Assembly (NCBI GenBank): GCA_965215015.1
Contig: OZ244042.1
Location: forward strand, 4,832,001 to 4,896,000
Direction of reading: 5' to 3'
DNA from: Candidatus Poribacteria bacterium
GTDB taxonomy: Bacteria; Poribacteria; WGA-4E; PCPOR2b
Length of the DNA stretch: 64,000 bases
The notes below the pieces were generated by a model, which worked only from the letters and a program-made list of their open reading frames with translations, made no database searches and was not told where the DNA came from. Below are positions 1-9,769 of this stretch, piece by piece. The position numbers and the translations under genes are program-made. How positions within the stretch are numbered: the stretch's first letter is position 1; every line of letters begins with the position of its first letter.

Positions 1-2
1 GC

Positions 3-539
3 GTAGCGAGCCAGAAGAACGAAGCATCGGCAGCATTACTATCTACCCTGGCACAAGCGTTAAAGGCCTACTCCACCACCGAATCACTCACAAAGGCATT
101 CGTCCATCTACTGCCGGAAGTTCTCCGTGTCTCCCACAGTCCATTCGGTTTCCTTGCCGAAGTCCGTTATAGCGCGATGAACAAGCCGTATTTATATTCA
201 CATGCGGTGACAGACATCTACAAGCCCGGTTTCGGCTTGTACGACATCGTCACCGACCTCCAGTTTCATAATCTGGACACATTGAATGGAGCAATCATGA
301 CCGGTCAACGCCCAGTGCTGACCAACGACCCACCAAATGACCCACGGAGCGGTGGACTCCCCTTCGGTCATGCAGGCCTCAAGGCGTTCCTAGGGCTGCC
401 CTTTCTCGTGGACGACGATTTGGTCGGTGCCACCTCGCTGGGTAATCGTCCGGGGGGTTACTCAGAGCAGGAGGTCGAATTGCTTGCGCCGCTATGCGAG
501 ATTGGTGGGCTGCTAATCACCACCGATCGCAACAAGTAA
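3..539 (+). CDS. GAF-domain protein, 5'-truncated by the window edge
   Basis: Frame is open from base 3 (VASQKNEAS...SPFGFLAEV...) into ORF 177..539. GAF-like motifs PVLTNDP.NDPRSGGLP.GH..LKAFLGLP and NRPGGYSEQEVELL. Confidence 0.7.
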   Translation, partial: VASQKNEASAALLSTLAQALKAYSTTESLTKAFVHLLPEVLRVSHSPFGFLAEVRYSAMNKPYLYSHAVTDIYKPGFGLYDIVTDLQFHNLDTLNGAIMTGQRPVLTNDPPNDPRSGGLPFGHAGLKAFLGLPFLVDDDLVGATSLGNRPGGYSEQEVELLAPLCEIGGLLITTDRNK

Positions 540-714
540 GTTTTGTCGACAGGTGTATAGCACTGTAGAGTACGTCGCAACTTGGGTAAGACTTACAGGG
601 TTGAACGTTCAAACCCTCTTAGGTCGGTGACTCATCAAATACTGGGTGTGTCCCTCGACAGGGTTTGGTGAACGGAGCCGGATGCTATTGCACGACAGTG
701 TTGGTATCTATACG

Positions 715-980
715 CCTCACGACGCCCGATGAATCAGGCAACTCCAGTTCAGCCGACAGGAGTGTTAGCACGTTCCGCGTCCCCTCCCCCTGCTTGCGTT
801 CTTTCCCCTCCGCTTACGGGGGGGTAGGGGTTTGGGGTAGGCTCAAAGAGCCACGAATTGACAGACACCCCACCGGGTTGCGCCTCCACTTGCACCCTTC
901 CCCCTGCTTGCGGGGGGTTAGGGGGGTAAGGGTTCGGGGTAGACTCAAAGTGCCACGAATTGACGGACACCCCACTAGGT
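715..980. repeat. Cluster of REP-like palindromes with a diverged tandem duplication
   Basis: cgcccgatgaatcaggc hairpin, followed by two copies of cccctgcttgcg...ggggtag(g/a)ctcaaag(a/t)gccacgaattgac(a/g)gacacccca. Confidence 0.75.
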
Positions 981-1043
981 ATTATTATGCCTCCCAGGGC
1001 TCGAGGCCATTGGGAGTTTGTCTATTGATCTGCTATCGAGAAT

Positions 1044-1072
1044 TTGACTCTCCGACGGTTTTATGATACCAT
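1044..1072 (+). promoter_or_regulatory. sigma70-like promoter
   Basis: TTGACT-17 bp-TACCAT with extended TGn, just upstream of the 1091/1124 gene. Confidence 0.5.
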
Positions 1073-1090
1073 CTGCAAAGATCTAAAATT

Positions 1091-1930
1091 ATGGCAACTC
1101 CAAACGGAAAGGAATCATTCTCGATGAAATACATCATGTTCACGAAACATTTGGAAGGCTTAAATGTCGCAGGTATTATGGAGGCCCTGAAATCGGTCGG
1201 CGTGGAAGGCGCAGATCTGTGCGTACGTCCCGGTTATCCGGTCAATCCCGAAAATGCCGCTAAACAGCTGCCAGCAGCTGCCAAGCGGTTCGCCGATGAA
1301 GGATTGTCAATTCCGCTTGTGACGACGCCCACCAGTTTTCTGGACCCGGAAGACTCCGATGTGCAGCGAGTATACGCAGCATGTGGAGAGGCAGAGGTCG
1401 CCAATCTCAAGGTCGGTTACTGGCACTGGTCGAAGGAAGATGGGGGGTATTGGGCGCAGGTCGATCGCATCCGCGAAGCCCTCGACGGATTCCAAGCCCT
1501 CTCCGCCAAACACGGCGTCCGCACCTGCCTTCACAACCATTCGGGGACTTCAATGGGGCTGAACTCATCCGCCGTGATGAACCTCGTCAAAGGATTCGAT
1601 CCGCAGCACGTGGGCGTATTCGCAGATACCGGGCACCTCTCGATTGTCGGAGAACCGATCGATATGGCACTCGACATCGTGAAGGACTACCTCGCAGTAG
1701 TCGCGTTTAAGGATATGATGCGACCCCCGGGCGGCGGCACACGGGTGGTCCGAATGGGATACGGTTTCGTCGATTGGGAAACCGCACTCAAAACCTTAAT
1801 GGAGAGAAACTTTGATGGGCCCGTCAGCTTCCACAGCGAATACAGCGGGGAACCAGTCGATACCGTCATTGATCTCGCACGCATTGATGTCCGATTTATC
1901 AACAACCTACCCGGAAAGAGCAAAGAATAA
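1091..1930 (+). CDS. Sugar phosphate isomerase/epimerase (xylose-isomerase-like TIM barrel); start may be 1124
   Basis: Metal motifs LHNH, ADTGH, FKD and FHSEY of the AP_endonuc_2 family. Confidence 0.8.
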   Translation: MATPNGKESFSMKYIMFTKHLEGLNVAGIMEALKSVGVEGADLCVRPGYPVNPENAAKQLPAAAKRFADEGLSIPLVTTPTSFLDPEDSDVQRVYAACGEAEVANLKVGYWHWSKEDGGYWAQVDRIREALDGFQALSAKHGVRTCLHNHSGTSMGLNSSAVMNLVKGFDPQHVGVFADTGHLSIVGEPIDMALDIVKDYLAVVAFKDMMRPPGGGTRVVRMGYGFVDWETALKTLMERNFDGPVSFHSEYSGEPVDTVIDLARIDVRFINNLPGKSKE

Positions 1931-1944
1931 AAGGAGGGGAACAG

Positions 1945-2757
1945 ATGAGCCAATTTACACTCGCACTAAATACCAGCACGATTCGTCCGGCAAGCCTAAT
2001 GGACAAGATTCAAATCGCCGGTGAAACAGGTTACGAAGCCATTGAACTCTGGAACGATGATCTCACTGCCTATGAAGAGCAAAACGGTTCACTATCAGAT
2101 GTGAAGCGTGCCCTCGATGACTACGGGCTTCCTGTGACAACCGTCATCGCCCTGCACGGTTGGTTGGATACCACCGGCGAAGCACATCAGCAGGCACTTG
2201 AAGAGGCAAAACGGCGCATGGCGCAAGCCGCCGCCGTGGGGTCAACCTATAGCGTCGCAAGCCCACCCCGTGGGGTCGCAGATTTGCAATTAGGCGGACA
2301 AAATTATCGTGAACTCCTCGAATTGGGACGTGAGTTTGGCGTTAAACCCGCGATGGAGTTTCTAGGCTTCGTGGACGGCATCAATCAGGTTAAGCACGCT
2401 TGGGAAGTCATGGAGATTGCCAACCACCCCAACAGCACCATCGTCCTAGACCCATTCCACATCTTTCGCGGCGGTGGCGAAACTGATGACATGCGTGGAA
2501 TCCCTGCGGATAAGATAGCGGTATTCCACTTCAACGATGCACCAGCCTCGCCACCCCGTGCAGAACAGACCGACGCCGATCGCGTCTACCCCGGTGATGG
2601 CATCCTCGATCTGAAAGGGATGATTGCGGCTCTAAAGGAAGCGGGCTATCAGGGCGTAATCTCCTTAGAGTTGTTTAACCCCAGCTATTGGGAAGAAGAT
2701 CCGCGGGAAGTTGCGCGCATCGGGTTGGAGAAGATGAAGGAATCAATCGGCGACTAG
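1945..2757 (+). CDS. Sugar phosphate isomerase/epimerase (IolI-like TIM barrel)
   Basis: GYEAIELW, AMEFLG, LDPFH, FHFND, RVYPGDG and SLELF motifs; strong RBS aggagg. Confidence 0.85.
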   Translation: MSQFTLALNTSTIRPASLMDKIQIAGETGYEAIELWNDDLTAYEEQNGSLSDVKRALDDYGLPVTTVIALHGWLDTTGEAHQQALEEAKRRMAQAAAVGSTYSVASPPRGVADLQLGGQNYRELLELGREFGVKPAMEFLGFVDGINQVKHAWEVMEIANHPNSTIVLDPFHIFRGGGETDDMRGIPADKIAVFHFNDAPASPPRAEQTDADRVYPGDGILDLKGMIAALKEAGYQGVISLELFNPSYWEEDPREVARIGLEKMKESIGD

Positions 2758-3079
2758 GGCATGTTGACATTTGACAGGACCTAGGTCGAGGACTCTCGGA
2801 ACGGAGTTGGGTTGAAGGTTAAAAAGAATCCCTATCAACCACAATAGAACCGAAGAATCACCAACTCATAGCGCAGTTACCACCACCACGTCAAACGATA
2901 GCAGAGCGCATCACAAGGCTATTCACCAAGTTTAGCGCAAATCACGATGTTTCATGATACAAAGCCTCATCGAAACGATCCCGGTAAATCGGGAATAAAT
3001 CGGCACGAGGGTTAAGAAAAGGGGTATCCTCGGATTTCCAAAGACACCCCTTGTAGGTTTGTCATGAGTGGAATTGTCG

Positions 3080-3421
3080 TTACGGCTCAGAAGGCGCATC
3101 ATCATCATGCTTTGAACGACGGAATAGACCACCAATCCTGCTTATCAACTTCTTCCAATTAACACTAGTAATCACCGTTATAGCGGTAATACATGCTACG
3201 CCCGTCCAAGGTTTATCCTGTAACAATATTCCCAACCACACCCCTCCACAAATAAGCATCAAAGGAGATCCAGTTTCCTTATAAAAACGTTGAGTCCTCG
3301 GAAACAAAGAAAGAGCCATGCAAAAAAAGATGACTCCCGCTGTTATCACAAACAAATCGGGAACAAACATTTCCTTCAGTGCCTCACTTTTCTTGTCTAA
3401 TTGTTTTGGCAGTGACACCAA
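3080..3421 (-). CDS. Small hypothetical membrane protein
   Basis: 113-aa ORF with about three hydrophobic segments, in an AT-rich patch. Start uncertain. Confidence 0.45.
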   Translation of the reverse strand: MVSLPKQLDKKSEALKEMFVPDLFVITAGVIFFCMALSLFPRTQRFYKETGSPLMLICGGVWLGILLQDKPWTGVACITAITVITSVNWKKLISRIGGLFRRSKHDDDAPSEP

Positions 3422-3611
3422 CCATTCCAGTTATTATACGAACAAGAACAAGAAGTTATATTCTGAGTATGAGCTCTTGAACACCCGCACTCGCGCTCAT
3501 CCCACGCTTCAGATGAATCTAAACTTGCAGATAGACTGGCCCTATAGCGCATACTACCGACGCTGGAGCGCAATGCAATGATTCCATAATTATGCACACC
3601 CCTTAGGTAAG

Positions 3612-6068
3612 TTACAACACGCTGATCGGGTCAATATCCACAATTAGGTCGATATTCGTAGGCGTTGTCGCGTCAAACGCACATCGAATCAGTTGGCGCA
3701 GTTCCTCCACATCCTCAGATCGTAACAGGAAATACCACCGAAATTTATTTCTGATTTTAGCAAGTGGCGCGGGCACGGGCCCCCGAATCTCAACGGAGGG
3801 AAAGCACTCCCCCTTGCAGATTTCGAGTTGGTCAAGTAGATGATTGGCGGTCTGGATCACCTCCGCCTCAACCTCGCCACGCAGCAGGATGGTTGCGGCG
3901 TGGCTCAACGGTGGATAGAGTAGTGCTTCTCGATGACTAATCTCCTCACGGTAAAAACGAAGATAGTCGTGCCCTTGTGCTGCCTGGATGCTATAGTGTT
4001 CCGGCATGTAGGTCTGGATAATGACGTTGCCCCCCGCCTCGCTACGTCCCGACCGCCCAGCGACCTGTGTTAGCAAATTAAACGCCCGCTCACCCGCCCG
4101 AAAGTCCGGCAGATTCAGGGCGGTATCTGCGGAAATCACGCCGACAAGGGTCACGTTGGGAAAGTCTAACCCTTTTGCAATCATCTGTGTCCCCACCAAA
4201 ATATCAATTTCCCCGCTCTTAAAGACATCCAAGATTTTCTGATGGGCGTTTTTGCGCGTCGTCGAATCAGCGTCCATCCGTCTAACCCTGGCTTCAGGGA
4301 ACGCCTTGATAACCTCCTGCTCAACCTGCTCGGTGCCGATCCCAAAATGGCGGATGTACATACTGCCACATTGCGGACAAACCTGGGGCGTTGGGCGTTC
4401 ATAGCCGCAGTGGTGACACCCCATCCGTTTGGTAGAAAAATGAAACGTCAGCGAGATTGAGCAATTATCGCACCGTTCAACATAGCCACAGGTTCTGCAA
4501 AAAACGTGGGTGGCGTACCCTCGCCGATTCAGGAACAAGATAACCTGCTGCCCTTTAGAAAGCCGTTCCTCGATTGCTGATCGGAGGGTTGTCGAAAAAA
4601 TCGTACGATTGCCCCTCTGTAACTCCAAACGCATATCCACAACCTCGACGGGTGGCATCTCAATATTAGATACGCGGGAAGGAAGCTGTAAGAGGGTATA
4701 CTCCCCCCGCTGGGCGTGATAAAAACTCTCCAACGATGGCGTGGCACTGCCGAGAATCAATGGACAGTCGACTAACGCAGATCGTTTCACTGCAACGTCT
4801 CGGGCATGATAGAATGGTAGCGCAGCGTCCTGTTTGTATGACGTTTCATGTTCTTCATCAATCACAATAAGTCCGAGATTTGGAAAGGGCGCGAAGATCG
4901 CAGATCTGGGACCCACAACGATGTCCGCCGCTCCGCCTTTAATCTGCTGCCACTGATCATATCGCTCACCATCCGAGAGATTGCTATGGAGAACAGCGAC
5001 TCGCCCCCCAAAACGCCCGACAAACCGAGAGACTGTTTGAGGGGTCAAGGAAATTTCGGGAACGAGCACAATCACCCGTTTGCTCCGATCCAAGACGGAA
5101 GCCATCGCTTGCATATAAACCTCCGTCTTGCCGCTGCCGGTGACGCCATGCAGCAGAAACCGTTCCCGCCTACCCGAATCGATCGCTCCTTGGATCGCCT
5201 GCAAAGCAGCCTGCTGATCGGGATTCAGGGTCAGCGGCTGCGTGGGAGCCACCGGATCCAAACTCAGCGGATTCCGCACAATTTGGACGGAATCAATGCG
5301 GATGAGCCCCTTTGCCTCAAGGGATTGTAGTGTTTTTAGTGATGTGTTGGCACGCTTGGTCAAATCCACCGTTGTCACCGTTTCACTGTCGCAGCCCTGG
5401 AGGATGCGAAGTACTTCTGCCTGTTTCAGAGCGCGGTTGGCTTCCAATTGGGGGATTTGTTCTTTAATCTCCACGACCGGCTTGGCGAGCGAAACAACCG
5501 AGATTGTTTGCGGCTTTGCTTTAGATTGGATGTTCGACCGCAGTTCAACGAGCCCCTTCTCTTGTAAAGCAGACAACGCCGGACGTAACTTTGAAACCCC
5601 AATCCCCAGACGTCGTGCAATCTGGTGAAGAGATAACCCATCATCTGCTGTAAGCACCGACAAGATCTGCGTTTGACGCGATTGGCGCATATTCGCAATC
5701 TGCTCATCGGTTGCTAGTGAATGCACGACCCTGTTTTGACGGGTTCTGATCGCTGCAGGGGCAGCACACCGCAACGCCTCCCCCCACGAAGACAGGTAAT
5801 ATTCCGACAGCCATTTTGTCAACCTAAGCAGTTCGTCGGAAAATGTGGGGGTATCATCCAAACAGTCGGTGAGATTTTTGATTCTTATTGAGTCATCAGG
5901 CAGGTCAGGCTCATCCATTAAATCAACGATGACCCCTTCGCGTGTCCCCTCTCCCAATGGGGCGAGGACACGGCTGCCACGCTGCACAACAGATTGAAGA
6001 CGGACCGGAATGGCGTAAGAGAAGGCGAGATCTTGGGGGAGTGGGAAAACGACGCGGGCGTATTCCAT
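3612..6068 (-). CDS. priA: Primosomal protein N' (replication restart helicase)
   Basis: GVTGSGKTEVY, DEEH, two CxxC...CxxC zinc knuckles, GTQMIAKGLDFP, QVAGRSGR. Confidence 0.97.
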   Translation of the reverse strand: MEYARVVFPLPQDLAFSYAIPVRLQSVVQRGSRVLAPLGEGTREGVIVDLMDEPDLPDDSIRIKNLTDCLDDTPTFSDELLRLTKWLSEYYLSSWGEALRCAAPAAIRTRQNRVVHSLATDEQIANMRQSRQTQILSVLTADDGLSLHQIARRLGIGVSKLRPALSALQEKGLVELRSNIQSKAKPQTISVVSLAKPVVEIKEQIPQLEANRALKQAEVLRILQGCDSETVTTVDLTKRANTSLKTLQSLEAKGLIRIDSVQIVRNPLSLDPVAPTQPLTLNPDQQAALQAIQGAIDSGRRERFLLHGVTGSGKTEVYMQAMASVLDRSKRVIVLVPEISLTPQTVSRFVGRFGGRVAVLHSNLSDGERYDQWQQIKGGAADIVVGPRSAIFAPFPNLGLIVIDEEHETSYKQDAALPFYHARDVAVKRSALVDCPLILGSATPSLESFYHAQRGEYTLLQLPSRVSNIEMPPVEVVDMRLELQRGNRTIFSTTLRSAIEERLSKGQQVILFLNRRGYATHVFCRTCGYVERCDNCSISLTFHFSTKRMGCHHCGYERPTPQVCPQCGSMYIRHFGIGTEQVEQEVIKAFPEARVRRMDADSTTRKNAHQKILDVFKSGEIDILVGTQMIAKGLDFPNVTLVGVISADTALNLPDFRAGERAFNLLTQVAGRSGRSEAGGNVIIQTYMPEHYSIQAAQGHDYLRFYREEISHREALLYPPLSHAATILLRGEVEAEVIQTANHLLDQLEICKGECFPSVEIRGPVPAPLAKIRNKFRWYFLLRSEDVEELRQLIRCAFDATTPTNIDLIVDIDPISVL

Positions 6069-6142
6069 GGCATGATAGATTAGTGATTCATTGGTTCACT
6101 AGAATATTGGTCCATCAATGAACGCATAAACGAATATTCTAA

Positions 6143-6820
6143 TTAAGTATTTAGTTCGGCCATTACCTTTTGCATATCTTCCCAGACATCTCGTTTGCCA
6201 TGCGGATTTCGGAGGAGGTAGGCGGGGTGGTAGGTTGCCATGAGTTTGCAGCCGTGATAATCATGGAAATGACCACGCAACGAAGAGATACTCTGCTTGG
6301 TGCGGAGCAGCGTCTGAGCGGCAAAGGTGCCAAGGGCACAAATAACCTTTGGCTTGATTAGATCAATCTGTCTGAGCAGGAAAGGTTCACAGGTTTCAAT
6401 CTCGATCGGCTTCGGGTTCCGATTGCCGGGCGGACGACACTTAATTACATTGGCGATATAGACCTCTTCGCGTCTCAACTCCATCGCTTCAATAATCCGC
6501 GTGAGCAGTTGACCTGCCCGTCCGACGAAGGGAATTCCTTGACGATCTTCATCCGCCCCGGGGGCTTCGCCAACAAACATGAGATCTGCATTTTCGTCCC
6601 CAGTTCCGAAGACCACTGTGTTGCGTCCCTGATGCAATTCGCACCGCTCACAGCCCATCGCTTCATCATGCAAACGCTCTATATCAAACTCGGCAAATTC
6701 GGGTTCCTCTTCTGGCTCAAGTAATTCTGTGAAGCCAAGTTGTATTTGTTCTTCCACGTATTCCCTCACTATTGCGACGACTTCTAAATACCCTTCGATA
6801 ACTTCATTCTGATCTGACAT
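6143..6820 (-). CDS. Uracil-DNA glycosylase, family 4 (Fe-S)
   Basis: CERCELH, GEAPG, PFVGRAG, KCRPPGNR, YHPAYLLR. Confidence 0.93.
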   Translation of the reverse strand: MSDQNEVIEGYLEVVAIVREYVEEQIQLGFTELLEPEEEPEFAEFDIERLHDEAMGCERCELHQGRNTVVFGTGDENADLMFVGEAPGADEDRQGIPFVGRAGQLLTRIIEAMELRREEVYIANVIKCRPPGNRNPKPIEIETCEPFLLRQIDLIKPKVICALGTFAAQTLLRTKQSISSLRGHFHDYHGCKLMATYHPAYLLRNPHGKRDVWEDMQKVMAELNT

Positions 6821-6847
6821 GAGGCATAACGCAAAACGCTTCGCGCT

Positions 6848-7909
6848 TCACGACTCCAATCGGCGTTTGAGCTCTTCAATTCGCCCGACAGGTGTTGGAT
6901 TTTGTTCGTATAAGACTGCCAGATAAAAGCTGGTCCAATCTCCAATCGCAACCAACGATAACAGGCGGGCGAGTAGTGATAGGCCCGCTGAATGCACCTG
7001 TGAAATGCCGGCGGTATGGGGTTGAATCAGTTCCGCTGTGATGTCCATCCGACGCCGCGTTTGAAACGGAGCAATCGGGTCACGGAGTTGGATGACGTAA
7101 CATCCCCGCGTCAACGCCGGTGGATGCTTCCAACCCTCAATCTCATTGTGATTCATCTCCGGATACACACTATAATAAGCGAGCGATTTGCTGTTTTCAT
7201 TCATCTGCCCCTTCCATCGCATCGCAATCGCCTCAAGTTCTTGAGGGACGTAGATGATAGGCAATTTCCCGTGCAACGCTTGTGCGAGCCGCTTGGGTTG
7301 ACTTTCTGGTACCTCCGGATGAAAATCTGCTGTCAGTGTCGCTAGCACGGCGATTGCCTCCTCCAGATTGTTCTGGAGATTGAGGTCTGAGCCAAATCCC
7401 AGTCGGGCAAGGATGGATAAAATCGGCATGAGCAGATAGCCGAGTGAGGCTCTAGGCGGTCGTCCGGCTGGAATTATCACACAGGGTAGACCATGTGCAT
7501 CTGCGAATGCCTTTAACTTCCCACCACTGGTAACCGCCAGAATTTTCGCCCCCTGTGCAAACGCCCTTTCGACAGATAAGAGGGTTTCTTCGGTATTACC
7601 GGAATAGCTGACAGCGATGAAGAGCGTTTGAGATGTAACAAACGCGGGAAGGGTATACCCCCGGTGGACAATAACCGGGGAGGGAAATTGCGCCCCGAGC
7701 ACCGTTTTCACAAGGTCTCCGCCAATTCCAGAACCGCCCATCCCTGCGATGACGATGTGGTTGGGTATACCCGCATCATCTCCGCCTAGTTTGAGTGCTT
7801 CGCCAATCTCCCAGCCACGCTCGCACTGCTCAGGGAAGGTGGACAACAGGTGAAGCATGTTCTCGGAATCATATTGTTTGATTTGAGCGGGATTCAACAT
7901 AGTCATCAT
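6848..7909 (-). CDS. Bifunctional phosphoglucose/phosphomannose isomerase (SIS domains)
   Basis: GMGGSGIGG, SYSGNTEET, RWKGQMNENSK, PEMNHNEI. Confidence 0.92.
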   Translation of the reverse strand: MMTMLNPAQIKQYDSENMLHLLSTFPEQCERGWEIGEALKLGGDDAGIPNHIVIAGMGGSGIGGDLVKTVLGAQFPSPVIVHRGYTLPAFVTSQTLFIAVSYSGNTEETLLSVERAFAQGAKILAVTSGGKLKAFADAHGLPCVIIPAGRPPRASLGYLLMPILSILARLGFGSDLNLQNNLEEAIAVLATLTADFHPEVPESQPKRLAQALHGKLPIIYVPQELEAIAMRWKGQMNENSKSLAYYSVYPEMNHNEIEGWKHPPALTRGCYVIQLRDPIAPFQTRRRMDITAELIQPHTAGISQVHSAGLSLLARLLSLVAIGDWTSFYLAVLYEQNPTPVGRIEELKRRLES

Positions 7910-7916
7910 ATTGAAT

Positions 7917-8064
7917 TAGGACTTACACACTTCAATTGCGAAAATCGGCTCCTATTTCCTATCGTAGGCACAGGTTTCCTAACCTGGGCTTGCCCGCAGA
8001 TTAGGAAATCTACGCTACGAAGGGGTTAGCCCAAGGTTCTGATTGCTCAACTGTGTAAGTCCTG
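7917..8064. mobile_element. MITE-like element, ~148 bp
   Basis: Terminal inverted repeats aggacttacacacttca / tcaactgtgtaagtcct; internal GTAG-type palindrome. Confidence 0.7.
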
Positions 8065-8129
8065 TTAATATTTCGTTCACCGGCTCATTGGTTCATTAAT
8101 GAACCAATGAACCCATCTAACTTTTGGGC

Positions 8130-9764
8130 TCAGACAAGAAAGACGCGCAAGATGTCATAAAATGTAATATATAAAAACAGACCCGCCAGCAAAACAATAC
8201 TGACTTGTTGAATAATAATCTGCTTACGGATGCTCAGGGGTCTACCCCGTAATTTCTCAAGGGCGAAGAAAAGAATTTGACCGCCATCTGCAATCGGAAT
8301 AGGCAATAAATTCACAATGGCGAGATTAACACTGATGAAGCCTACGAAAAATAGCAAGCTCCGTAGACCAAACTCCACAACGCGGCGGGTTGTATCTACA
8401 ATCCCAATCGGTCCGGTGAGGTATTTCGTTTTAACTTCGCGAGTGACGAGTCGCTTGAGCACCTTTGCAACCATCTCCAAAATTAACCAGTTCGTTTGAA
8501 TCCCTTCGCCTACAGCCGTAATGACGTTATATTTCGGAATTGGAACGGAAGGCCCGGCAAGCGCGAGTCCGTCCAACAACAGCTGCCAACGTAACCCATG
8601 GAGGTTGAGTCGATCCTCCTCCGCATCAAGGGCGGGGGTTAGCGTTGCGGTCAATTGTTCACCATTGCGGAATAAGCCAATTTCAACGGGTTGACCGGGA
8701 TTTGTTGCGGCTAATTCGTATAGTTTCGGGTATAACTCGAAGTTCTTGATAGATTCTCCGTTAATTAAAATAATTTCATCCCCGCTTTGGATACCTACTT
8801 TTTCTGCTTCGCTCCCCTCTGCAACGACAGCATTAACCACCCAATTGGTAGGGAAACTGACAGTTAAAGATTCGGAACCACGCCGAATCTCCAATGAGAC
8901 CTCGCCGTTTCGACTCTCGTTAACCTCCTTGTAAAATCTTCGATGCGCCGATCCAAAGGGGTGGGAAGGTTCCCAGATAACCGAACCAAATTCAGGCACA
9001 TGATAAATTTTTCTTCCATTGATGCTTTCAATCAGGTCTTTTGCTTGAATACCGGCTTGCGCCGCTGTACTTCCTTCGGTGATGCTTTCAACCATCGCTA
9101 CCTGTCGAGCAGAAACCCGAATCTGACCAATTCCCTTTTTGTCGAGATTTCTCGGTGTTACATAGAGCGTCTTGAATTGACCATTGCGAGAAACGATAAT
9201 TTTCAGTTCTTCGTCGGGATGGGTAAGGATTGTTGTGTTAAAATCCTGCCAATTTTTAATCTGCCGGTCATTGATTGATACAATAGTATCGCCCGGCTCA
9301 ATGCCTCCCTGCTTCGCAGGGCTATCATCAGCGACTAACCCAATTTGCGCCATCTGATCTGACTGTCCAATCAACATCTCCATCAACTGCATCGTACCAC
9401 GATCTAATCCCGCCAGATACACAAACGAAAAAAGTATAATACCCATCAAAAAGTTCATTGCGGGTCCCGCAATCGCCACAAAGATACGACAGCCCACAGG
9501 GGCTGAAGCAAATTCACCTTCTTCCCCTTTCTGTTCCTCGGGGCTTTCGCCCGCCATTTTCACAAACCCACCAAACGGCAAGGCAGACAAACAGTAGTCG
9601 GTGTCTCCCCACCGAAAACCGATGAGTCTCGGGCCGAAACCGATTGAAAATTTCTCCACCCGAATCCCACACCGCTTTGCCGCAAGGAAATGTCCGAGCT
9701 CATGAATAAAAATTAGAAAGCCGAGGGCGAGGATAGCGAGAATAATGGTAGCAGAAAAAATCAT
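8130..9764 (-). CDS. rseP: RIP (M50) metalloprotease RseP with multiple PDZ domains
   Basis: HELGH, FSIGFG, GPIGI, NLLPIPIADGG; lies downstream of dxr. Start placed at MIFSATII. Confidence 0.93.
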   Translation of the reverse strand: MIFSATIILAILALGFLIFIHELGHFLAAKRCGIRVEKFSIGFGPRLIGFRWGDTDYCLSALPFGGFVKMAGESPEEQKGEEGEFASAPVGCRIFVAIAGPAMNFLMGIILFSFVYLAGLDRGTMQLMEMLIGQSDQMAQIGLVADDSPAKQGGIEPGDTIVSINDRQIKNWQDFNTTILTHPDEELKIIVSRNGQFKTLYVTPRNLDKKGIGQIRVSARQVAMVESITEGSTAAQAGIQAKDLIESINGRKIYHVPEFGSVIWEPSHPFGSAHRRFYKEVNESRNGEVSLEIRRGSESLTVSFPTNWVVNAVVAEGSEAEKVGIQSGDEIILINGESIKNFELYPKLYELAATNPGQPVEIGLFRNGEQLTATLTPALDAEEDRLNLHGLRWQLLLDGLALAGPSVPIPKYNVITAVGEGIQTNWLILEMVAKVLKRLVTREVKTKYLTGPIGIVDTTRRVVEFGLRSLLFFVGFISVNLAIVNLLPIPIADGGQILFFALEKLRGRPLSIRKQIIIQQVSIVLLAGLFLYITFYDILRVFLV

Positions 9765-9769
9765 GAATA

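Noticed and set aside
665-1066. ORFs 665..1066 and 749..970
   Set aside because: They are translations of the palindromic repeat cluster.
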